From Macrostomum lignano (Eukaryota), in the NCBI GenBank assembly GCA_002269645.1, contig NIVC01002232.1:62001-126000 (forward strand): DNA of 64,000 nt, given 5' to 3'. Made by a program: the position numbers and the translations under genes. Below are positions 49,971 to 60,828 of the stretch, one piece after another (within the stretch, counting starts at the first letter, position 1; the number at the start of each line of letters is the position of its first letter). Under the pieces are notes generated by a model. It had not been told where the DNA came from. It made no database searches and saw only the letters and a program-made list of their open reading frames with translations.

Positions 49971-52900
49971 ATGTCTGCGGACGAAGTCCTTCCTAAATTT
50001 GGACTATTGGAAGTGAATGACAATCCAAATGGTTGGGGACCATATACTTTGCCAGAGCGGTACCGTGATATGCCATACCAACCATTCTCAAAGGACCAAC
50101 GAATTGGGAAGGTAAGTTTAGCTTTAAGGCCTATTTTTGTCTGTTTTCTATTTTCCTTTCTTTCGTTAAATTCTGTGTTCTATTTTCCTTAGTCCTATTT
50201 GTATTCCATAGTCAGGAAAGTGGCCTTTTTGCTGGAAAATTCCAGCATGCATTAGCCCTTCATAGTTCATTTAGAATGCATTTGGTGTGCTCGAATCTTA
50301 AAAAATTGCATTTGGCATGCTGTGTGCACAACAAAATTGCATTTGGTGTACAAAAAAGTGGTATACTTAAATTAAAGCTATTTAAAAACACAAGTATCTT
50401 CAGTTTCTATAACAAAAGGTATCAACATTTCAAAGAAAAAGGTTGCGGTTAAAAGATAACAAGAGTGCAAATAAAAAAATATATTATTTGAATATGAACA
50501 CTTTGCATTAATTATATGCACTATATAAACAATGAAGTCTGTTATTGTTTAGACTGTCAACTGATGCTTTGTCTCTGGGTCATATTGGTACACCTAGGTC
50601 TCATCACTACTAACAATGTCAAAAACCTTCATTGATGCTCCTCAGGCTAATTCTCTTAGCATTTTTTGCACTAGTCCACCCTGACCCATCTTTGCTTGTG
50701 TGATAACAAATGAGGCACCCACTAAATGCACAGCTTTTGCAGGCCTAGGTGTTTGTGCAGGATAAAGTGTACCTACCCCAATCCAATGCCCAGTTGACTG
50801 TAACTCGTCATAGGTTATGTGCCTATTCTTGTTTATTAGTCACTTAGCTTCATTGATGTTGTGCTAGGTTATAGCTATTGATGGCCAACTGCTGCAATCT
50901 TCATCAGTCAGGTAGGTACATTGCAAATGAAACTCACAATACTAGTTATACATAGTCGCTTGAGATAGAGACTGATTGGGGAAGGCAGTTGCCAGCCAGG
51001 AAAAACATTCTGCTGGTGTCAGGTTGCACTTGAAATCATAGTTCTGGCCAAAGTCGTCTTATTCGAGATTGTCATCTGCGGCTTACGAGAAAAACAACTA
51101 AATTATCTAAATCGTCATCATCTCAGTATTGGACAATGCTGCATTCACTAAATTGTCATATTGTGTTGCATTGGCTGCGCAAGGATCTTAGCTCATGGAG
51201 CAGCGTGTTCTTGTTTGCCAACAAATTAAAATGATTTATAGTGTATAACTTAAGGCTTATTCAACTACCATCAAATGAGCCATCAAAATCATATAGTCAA
51301 ATACAAAGGAATCAAATTAAACGAGCCTTTATAGGCCAGGGAAATAATCTCGATCATGCATGTACATTATGCGAATCCAGCACCAGTTGAGCAGCCTGAC
51401 GCTCGGCTCATCGCTCAACTTGATGATGCAAATCCAGCACCAGTTGAACAGCCTACAGCTGAGTTGGATGATTATTCGTTGTTGGGTGAGCTGTATGCTG
51501 ATGTCCAGCCCTTTGAAATACCATCAGTAATTGCGGACTTAATAATATTAAAAATACCCTTACCTTTGGTCAAAGTTGTCATATTTAAATTTTTAAGTCT
51601 TCCAGATTTGTTCAAATCGTCATCATCATATGATGATTTTGAATATGACGATTTCAGCTGCACCTGAAATCATAGTAGATCATTGTGCACAAATCACAAT
51701 TTTCAATCTCCATGACTTTTAGCATAGGATGCCTACTTAATCAAATTTTAACTCAAAGTTAGCTGAGTTAATGGCAGCAAAACTTAATATGCATTAATGG
51801 CAAATAATATATTCTATGGGTGAAAGCTGGTGAACAAAAGTTTTACCCCTTTCCTTCCATTCTAAAAACTCCTCTGCATGATTTCTATAAAGTGCATGCA
51901 TGTATATTTTTTCTTAAAAGTAGTGCATGCCAATTGTGTAGGTCTAACTTTTGGCATACAAGGCCAATGCATACCCAATTTTTTGGGCATCACATATATT
52001 ATATGATCTAGAGTGTGGCTGCCAGGTGACAGACCAAGGTGGCCATAGACCAATTTGGCCACAAGGCAAACCTATTTCTTATTACTTTAAAAAAGAAGGC
52101 TAAGAAAAAGGTAAGATAATAGAAGCTCTTTCTCATTTATTCCTCTTATCTCAACTTCTAAGTCCATATCTAAGTCCATTATTTGCCAAACTATCTAGTT
52201 TTGGATAGGCCTAGCTTTTGAATAACCAATAATCAATACTATATTATTGACAATTAGGTCTATATTTGTTAATTAGTCCTATAGTCAAAGTTATAGTTAA
52301 GAATTAAAAGACATTACAATGGTCTTCTGACTCCTCTCTATACCCCAAAAGCTAGAACAGATAATAGTAATTTAAAGAAGTAATTTTTTTTCTTTGCATA
52401 AGCTAAGTTAGAGCAATGTCTGTACTGTGGCCACCTTAATGTGTATGGCCACCTTAGATATGTGCCATCTGCCACCACCAGTTTGCTTTATTTATTATAT
52501 TAATTCTATAGCCAAAGGTTGAATTGCAATAAACACAATGGTTTTGTTTGCCATCCCATAAGTTGCATACTATTTTTTAGTTTTGTTGCTTTTTTACTTT
52601 ATTATACTTTTTAAATACTTTTTATTCAAAAATTAGCTATATTTAGTACTAGGGATCAACCAACAATGATTTTTTTCATGCATGATTGGAACTAGACTAT
52701 GCATGAAACCATGTGTGACTGTGAATTTTTTATAACATGCAATTTAATTTCAACATAGAACTATTGGTATTAATACTACCAAGTCTAGTAATTTTTATTG
52801 ATTTTTAAGCTTTGTTTTATCATGTTTATTGTTTGACTGTGTTTTATTATGTGGATTAGTTACATCTGTGCTGATTTGTTACAATTTTAGTTTGCAGTTG

Positions 52901-55900
52901 TGTATTTCAGTATGTATGTTGTGCTAATTCTCATTGGCAACAAGGTCCTAGTAAATCTAGTAGGCCTACTGCTTGAATAGTATACACAGGGATTGTGTAA
53001 AGTTTTTTGGCATGCACTATGCAGTGGTACATACTAAATTCTTTTGACATGTACCACTGTCAAATGTCAAAGCCACTGTGCATACAGTTTCATTGAAACA
53101 ACATGATATTTTAATAAATTTCATTGTATCTCTACCAGTCTCTATGTAGGCCTAGTCTAAGTTTTATCTTTAATGTTCCTCTCCCCTAGTTTTTTGGTGT
53201 ATATACCATCTGCATGCAGGGTGCAAAGCAAAATAATCTTATGTTCATAATGTATACTTTGCACTATCTATGGGCTATATTTGGCCCTACCTAGTGTTAG
53301 AATCATGTACTGATGTATGCCAGAACAAGATTTGCTTCCCCAGCTCCTGTATACCAAATGACTTATATTGCATATAAAAATATGCCAAGAAAAAAACTGA
53401 ATTTATAGTTTTAATGATAAAAGTTATTAAAAACTTTTAGAAATGTACCTAGTTGTTTTTTATATTTAAGTCGCTGTTAGATAAAATGGCTTAGTGGCGA
53501 AGTGCATTTAAACTAAGCACTAATCAAAGTTTTTCATTTCAATTTCTTAGGTAGCTGATTGGACTGGAAATATCTATCAGGACAAGCGCTACCAGAGTAA
53601 GTTAAAATTTCAATCATTTTACTAAGATTATTCAAAGTATAGCTATGACATAATTGGATAATTACCTCAAACAACAGACCGCTACATGTCGCACCTGGCC
53701 AACTCTGGCGGCACCCAGTACACCTACTATCACGAGGAAGACGAGAGCAGCTTTGTACTAGTTGACACACAGAAGACTCAGCCTAGACTGAACCCTAGGC
53801 AGCGATTCCAGCGTATTAACAATGCCCAGCGGCAGAGGCGCGAACGGCAGCGCTTCAGCATGGCCGGCGCTACTGGCTTGGCCAATCAGCAGCTGTCCAA
53901 GGCGCAACTGCGAATGAAGCAGCAATACCAGAAGAAATGGCTGAAGCAGACGCGCCAGAACCAGGAGTACCAGCGCCGGCCGCAGCGGGCCGTTAATCGC
54001 GAATCGTCCGTGCAAGTGCAAGAGTCCTGGAAAGTGCTAGAAGAGCTGGACTTTGTTCGCTTGTCTAAACTGTCCGTGCCGTTGAACATTGTCACCTCTG
54101 GCGAAGACTTGTACGCCTGCGGAGAGATGGAATACTATGATAAGACCTACGACAGGTGAGACTGTAGTGAGGCGTCTAATTAAGGTATAGATAAAGGCAG
54201 CTCAATCCAATGAGTGACTCATAGTGAGATAGTGGAGTTCACTAAGTGACTGTCACTGATAGCTGAGTTCACTGAGTGACTATCACTGACAGCTGAGTTC
54301 ACCGAGTGACTGTCACTGATAGCTGAGTACACTAAGTGACTGTCACTGATAGCTGAGTCCACTGAGTGACTGTCACTAATAGCTGAGTACACTGAGTGAC
54401 TGTCACTAATAGCTGAGTCCACCGAGTGACTGTCACTAATAGCTGAGTACACTGAGTGACTGTCACTAATAGCTGAGTTCACTGAGTGACTGTCACTGAT
54501 AGCTGAGTCCACTGAGTGACTGTCACTGATAGCTGAGTCCACCGAGTGACTGTCACTAATAGCTGAGTATACACTGAGTGACTGTCACTAATAGCTGAGT
54601 TCACTGAGTGACTGTCACTGATAGCTGAGTCACTGAGTGACTGTCACTGATAGCTGAGTCCACTGAGTGACTGTCACTGATAGCTGAGTCCACTGAGTGA
54701 CTGTCACTGACAGCTGAGTCCACCGAGTGACTGTCACTAATAGCTGAGTCCAATGAGTGACTGTCACTGATAGCTGAGTCCACTGAGTGACTGTCACTGA
54801 TAGCTGAGTCCACTGAGTGACTGTCACTGATAGCTGAGTCCACTGAGTGACTGTCACTGATAGCTGAGTCCACTGAGTGACTGTCACTGATAGCTGAGTC
54901 CACTGAGTGACTGTCACTGAAAGCTGATAGAGTGACTGTCACTGATAGCTGAGTTCACCGAGTGACTGTCACTGATAGCTGAGTCACCGAGTGACTGTCA
55001 CTAATAGCTGAGTCACTGAGTGACTGTCACTAATAGCTGAGTTCACAGAGTGATTCACTAATAGCTGAGTCACTGAGTGACTGTCACTATAGCTGAGTTC
55101 ACTGAGTGACTGTCACTAATAGCTGAGTTCACTGAGTGATTATCACTGATAGGTAGCTGAGTTCACTGAGTGACTGTCACTGATAGCTGAGTTCACTGAG
55201 TGACTGTCACTAATAGCTGAGTCCACTGAGTGACTGTCACTAATAGCTGAGTTCACAGAGTGACTGTCACTGATAGCTGAGTTCACTGAGTGACTGTCAC
55301 TGATAGCTGAGTCCACTGAGTGACTGTCACTGATAGCTGAGTCCACTGAGTGACTGTCACTGATAGCTGAGTCCACTGAGTGACTGTCACTGATAGCTGA
55401 GTCCACTGAGTGACTGTCACTGAAAGCACTGATAGAGTGACTGTCACTGATAGCTGAGTTCACCGAGTGACTGTCACTGATAGCTGAGTTCACCGAGTGA
55501 CTGTCACTAATAGCTGAGTCCACTGAGTGACTGTCACTAATAGCTGAGTCCACTGAGTGACTGTCACTAATAGCTGAGTTCACAGAGTGATTATCACTGA
55601 TAGGTAGCTGAGTTCACTGAGTGACTGTCACTGATAGCTGAGTTCACTGAGTGACTGTCACTAATAGCTGAGTCCACTGAGTGACTGTCACTAATAGCTG
55701 AGTTCACAGAGTGACTGTCACTGATAGCTGAGTTCACTGAGTGACTGTCACTAATAGCTGAGTCCACTGAGTGACTGTCACTGATAGCTGAGTTCACAGA
55801 GTGACTGTCACTGATAGCTGAGTTCACAGAGTGACTGTCACTGATAGCTGAGTTCACAGAGTGACTGTCACTAATAGCTGAGTCCACTGAGTGACTGTCA

Positions 55901-58900
55901 CTAATAGCTGAGTCCACTGAGTGACTGTCACTGATAGCTGAGTTCACAGAGTGACTGTCACTGATAGCTGAGTTCACAGAGTGACTGTCACTGATAGCTG
56001 AGTTCACAGAGTGACTGTCACTGATAGCTGAGTTCACAGAGTGACTGTCACTGATAGCTGAGTTCACAGAGTGACTGTCACTAATAGCTGAGTCCACTGA
56101 GTGACTGTCACTAATAGCTGAGTCCACTGAGTGACTGTCACTGATAGCTGAGTTCACAGAGTGACTGTCACTGATAGCTGAGTTCACAGAGTGACTGTCA
56201 CTGATAGCTGAGTTCACAGAGTCGCTCCAACACTCCAACTGTTATCAGCCGCACAAAATCGCACAATTCTGCAGAGTGTCCACCAAGTCGGAGCGCAAGC
56301 TGCAGCGCGTCAATCGGGTGATCCACACGGTCACCACCACGCTGGATCCGGTTATCCGCAAGCTGGCCAAAGAGCGCAAAGGCAACGTGTTCGTCACTGA
56401 CAGCATCCTGGCCACTCTGATGTGCTGCACTCGCAGCCACTACAGCTGGGACATTGTGGTGCAGAAACTCGGCGACACTCTGTTCTTTGACAAACGCGAA
56501 GGCAGCGACTTCGATCTGTTGACTGTACACGAGACCGCTGCCGACCAGACCCTTGACGATTCGGCTAACGGACTGAATTCGGCTAAGAACCTGGCTCTGG
56601 AGGCCACCTTCATCAACCACAACTTTAGCCAGCAGGTGTTGCGCAACGGTGACAAGAAATTCTCATTCGACAATAAGAATCCTTTCGTTGAGGACGAGGA
56701 AGAGGAGGCGGAAGTGGCCAGCGTTGGCTATCGCTACCGGTCCTGGAACCTCGGCGGAGACAAACTCAACCTTGTGGTCCGCTGCGAGCACGACGCCGTT
56801 ACTCAGGTTTGTTCAGCTTGCGTGTGTTTTTCCGATTGGATTGTTTTAACAAACCTTCGGGACCTTCATATCGTCTTGTATCAGAAGTTCTCAGTGTCGG
56901 CAGCATGAAGAAGTTTTCGCTGTCTTGATTCTGAAGTTTTAATTGTCTCGATCCTGAAGTTTTAATTGTCTTAATTCTGAAGTTTTAGTTGTCTCGGTCC
57001 TGAAGTTTTCGCTGTCTCAATCCTTAAGTTTTAGCTGTCTCAATCCTGAAGTTTCAATTTTCTCAATCCTGAAGTTTTAGCTGTCTCTATACTGAAGTTT
57101 TAGCTGTCTCAATCCTGAAGTTTTAGCTGTCTCAATCCTTAAGTTTTAGCTGTCTCAATCCTGAAGTTTTAGCTGTCTCAATCCTTAAGTTTTAGCTGTC
57201 TCTATCCTGAAGTTTCAATTGTCTCTATCCTGAAGTTTCAATTGTCTCTATCCTGAAGTTTTAGCTGTCTCAATCCTGAAGTTTTAGCTGTCTCAATCCT
57301 GAAGTTTTAGCTGTCTCAATCCTTAAGTTTTAGCTGTCTCTATCCTGAAGTTTTAGCTGTCTCAATCCTTCAAGTTTTAGCTGTCTCAATTCTGAAGTTT
57401 TAGCTGTCTCAATCCTGAAGTTTTAGCTGTCTCAATCCTTCAAGTTTTAGCTGTCTCTATCCTGAAGTTTTAGCTGTCTCAATCCTGAAGTTTTAGCTGT
57501 CTCAATCCTTAAGTTTTAGCTGTCTCAATCCTGAAGTTTTAGCTGTCTCAATCCTTAAGTTTTAGCTGTCTCTATCCTGAAGTTTCAATTGTCTCTATCC
57601 TGAAGTTTCAATTGTCTCTATCCTGAAGTTTTAGCTGTCTCAATCCTGAAGTTTTAGCTGTCTCAATCCTGAAGTTTTAGCTGTCTCAATCCTGAAGTTT
57701 TAGCTGTCTCAATCCTTAAGTTTTAGCTGTCTCTATCCTGAAGTTTTAGCTGTCTCAATCCTTCAAGTTTTAGCTGTCTCAATTCTGAAGTTTTAGCTGT
57801 CTCAATCCTGAAGTTTAAGCTGTCTCAATCCTTCAAGTTTTAGCTGTCTCTATCCTGAAGTTTTAGCTGTCTCAATCCTGAAGTTTTAGCTGTCTCAATC
57901 CTGAAGTTTTAGCTGTCTCAATCCTTAAGTTTTAGCTGTCTCTATCCTGAAGTTTTAGCTGTCTCAATCCTGAAGTTTTAGCTGTCTCAATCCTGAAGTT
58001 TTAGCTGTCTCAATCCTGAAGTTTTAGCTGTCTCAATCCTGAAGTTTTAGCTGTCTCAATCCTGAAGTTTCAATTGTCTTAATCCTGAAGTTTTAGCTGT
58101 GTCGATCCTGAAGTTTTAGCTGTCTCAATCCTGAAGTTTTAGCTGTCTCAATCCTTAAGTTTTAGCTGTCTCAATCCTGAAGTTTTAGCTGTCTCAATCC
58201 TGAAGTTTTAGCTGTCTCAATCCTGAAGTTTTAGCTGTCTCAATCCTGAAGTTTTAGCTGTCTCAATCCTGAAGTTTTAGCTGTCTCAATCCTGAAGTTT
58301 TAGCTGTCTCAATCCTGAAGTTTTAGCTGTCTCAATCCTGAAGTTTTAGCTGTCTCAATCCTTCAAGTTTTAGCTGTCTCAATCCTGAAGTTTTAGCTGT
58401 CTCAATCCTGAAGTTTTAGCTGTCTCAATCCTGAAGTTTTAGCTGTCTCTATCCTGAAGTTTTAGCTGTCTCTATCCTGAAGTTTCAATTGTCTTAATCC
58501 TGAAGTTTTAGCTGTGTCGATCCTGAAGATTTAGTTGTCTCGATCCTGAAGTTTCAGTTGTCGATCTTGAAGTTTTCGCTGTCTCGATTCTGAAGTTTTA
58601 ATTGTCTCAATTCTGAAGTTTTAGCTGTCTCCATCCTGAACTTTTTGCTGTCTCATCTTGAAGTTTTAATTGTCTTAATTCTAAAGTTTTTTTAGTTGTC
58701 CCGATCCTGAAGTTTAACTGTCTCGATCCTGAACTTTTAGCTTTCTCGATCCTAAAGTTTTCGCTGTCTTAATCCTGAATTTTTTTTGTCTCGATCCTGA
58801 AGTTTTAGTCGATAAGCGCATCCCCAAGGCACAGAGAGTGTACCTGCCTGATGATTAGAAAGTCAGGGCCACTGTAAACCCTGTGTGAGCGTCTGTAGGA

Positions 58901-59451
58901 GTGCGTGCTGTGTACAGTAGTAACCAAACCCACTTCAGGGCCCCAACGAGGAGGTGCAGTTCATAAACATCAAAGCTCTGAACGAGTTCGACCCGCGCGT
59001 GCCGGGCGCCGTTGACTGGCGCAGCAAGATGGACTCGCAGCGGGGAGCCGTGCTGGCCGCCGAGCTTAAGAACAACGCCTTCAAGCTGGCCAAGTGGACG
59101 GTCTGCTCGCTGTTGGCCGGCTCAGACCAGCTCAAGCTGGGCTACGTGTCCCGCGTGAACCCCAAGGACTCCAGCAAGCACGTGATCCTGGGCACCCAGC
59201 AGTTCAAGCCGAACGAGTTCGCCTCCCAGATCAATCTGTCCATGGAGAACTGCTGGGGCATTTTCAAGTGCTTGGTGAACACCCTGATGGACAGGCCCAA
59301 CGGCAAGTACCTGGTGTTGAAGGATCCCAACAAGCAGATGATTCGGCTGTACGACATTCCTAACAACTCCTTCGAGTCGGACGACGAGGACGAAGAAGGC
59401 GACGACGGCCAAGACGAGGACGACGAGCGCGACGGCGACGGCAGCGATTGA
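49971..59451 (+). CDS. EIF3D: Eukaryotic translation initiation factor 3 subunit D, 569 aa, 5 exons
   Basis: Exons 49971-50111, 53551-53596, 53678-54155, 56275-56806, 58939-59451; GT-AG, phases match, total 1710 nt. Motifs [66 protein letters not shown]; acidic tail. Confidence 0.97.
50552..51075 (-). pseudogene. Mariner transposase fossil (N-terminal half) in eIF3d intron 1
   Basis: Minus strand with stops and frameshifts: [13 protein letters not shown]..., [57 protein letters not shown]. WVPHxL and DETW...YDPETK are mariner signature motifs. Confidence 0.88.
51654..51713 (-). pseudogene. Second mariner 5' fragment (start of transposase)
   Basis: [19 protein letters not shown]; shares tgcacYtgaaatcatagt with the first copy (about 51025-51042). 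Confidence 0.6.
54212..56222. repeat. 30-bp minisatellite (actgagtgactgtcactgatagctgagtcc), about 65 copies, eIF3d intron 3
   Basis: Read directly; each unit holds the inverted repeat agtgac-t-gtcact. Confidence 0.97.
56930..58810. repeat. 23-bp minisatellite (atcctgaagttttagctgtctca), about 80 copies, eIF3d intron 4
   Basis: Read directly; degenerate at both ends, homogeneous in the middle. Confidence 0.97.
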
Positions 59452-59744
59452 AGAGCTTGATTGGACCCGGGACTTTTGAAGGTTAACCACTGTGGTTTCC
59501 GTTCTCAGAGTTGCTATTGTAGTTTGCGGATGTTCGTTCTGACAATGTTGGCCTGCTGGGGCCCCTCTGAGGTGTTGGAAGACAAATAAAATTTAGTCAA
59601 TGCGATGAACGAATTCGAGTTTTATGATGCTGGTTTGTTTGGCTGATAGGCAAACTGATAATTGTATTGTTTTTAGTCTATTTTGCACCTTTGTCTTCTT
59701 TATTTGTTGTTTGTAATCAGTGAGGCTGTTACCGAACTCCTGAA

Positions 59745-60590
59745 GAATCGAGGGGGGGGGAGGCTGAGCTGCGGCACTCCTGAAGAATCGGAGGGGAGGA
59801 GCTGCGGCACTCCTGAAGAATCGGGGGGAGGAGCTGCGGCACTCCTGAAGAATCGGGGGGGGGAGGAGCTGCGGCACTCCTGAAGAATCGGGGGGAGGAG
59901 CTGCGGCACTAACTGAAGAATCGGGGGGAGGAGCTGCGGCACTCCTGAAGAATCGGGGGGGGGAGGAGCTGCGGCACTCCTGAAGAATCGGGGGGAGGAG
60001 CTGCGGCACTAACTGAAGAATCGGGGGGGGGGGAGCTGCGGCACTCCTGAAGAATCGGGGGGGGGGAGGAGCTGCGGCACTCCTGAAGAATCGGGGGGGG
60101 GGAGCTGCGGCACTCCTGAAGAATCGGGGGGGGGGAGCTGCGGCACTAACTGAATAATCGGGGGGAGGAGCTGCGGCACTCCTGAAGAATCGGGGGGGGA
60201 GCTGCGGCACTCCTGAAGAATCGGGGGGGGGAGGAGCTGCGGCACTAACTGAATAATCGGGGGGGAGGAGCTGCGGCACTCCTGAAGAATCGGGGGGGGA
60301 GGAGCTGCGGCACTCCTGAAGAATCGGGGGGGGGGAGGAGCTGCGGCACTAACTGAAGAATCGGGGGGGAGGAGCTGCGGCACCAACTGAAGAATCGGGG
60401 AGAGGCTGAACTGCGGCACCAACTGAAGAATCGGGGGAGGCTGAGCTGCGGCACCAACTGAAGAATCGGGGGAGGCTGAGCTGCGGCACCAACTGAAGAA
60501 TCGGAGGAGGAGGCTGAGCTGCGGCACCAACTGAAAAATCGGAGGAGGAGGCTGAGCTGCGGCACCAACTGAAGAATCGGGGGAGGCAGA
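59745..60590. repeat. About 33-37-bp minisatellite with variable G-run (gagctgcggcactcctgaagaatcg(g)n) downstream of eIF3d
   Basis: Read directly; source of the Pro-rich minus-strand ORFs. Confidence 0.95.
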
Positions 60591-60828
60591 GTGTCAATTG
60601 CGTCTCGCCAAAGATTGAAATACAGTATATTTATTTTCACAATCTAATCAAATGAGCTTACTTTTAGTAATGCAGTTTGGGCATAAGTCAATTAAGTTTA
60701 TTTTTAGCTGTCGCCCATATCTCCGGCCATAGACAACAGGTGCGATTGCAACAGTCTGCTATATAGTCGGTGGACATGGAGCCAATTTTAAATCACTACA
60801 TGCAAGTCTCAGATTGCTCAATCACGAT

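Noticed and set aside
51356-51667. 103-aa plus-strand ORF in eIF3d intron 1
   Set aside because: Lies among mariner fossils, contains a small internal duplication, and has no motif or splice support.
54212-56222. Palindromic repeat units suggestive of a CRISPR array
   Set aside because: No unique spacers, head-to-tail units, eukaryotic intron, no cas genes.
59593-60640. Pro-rich minus-strand ORFs up to 228 aa
   Set aside because: Products of the G-run minisatellite; variable G-run lengths shift frames freely.
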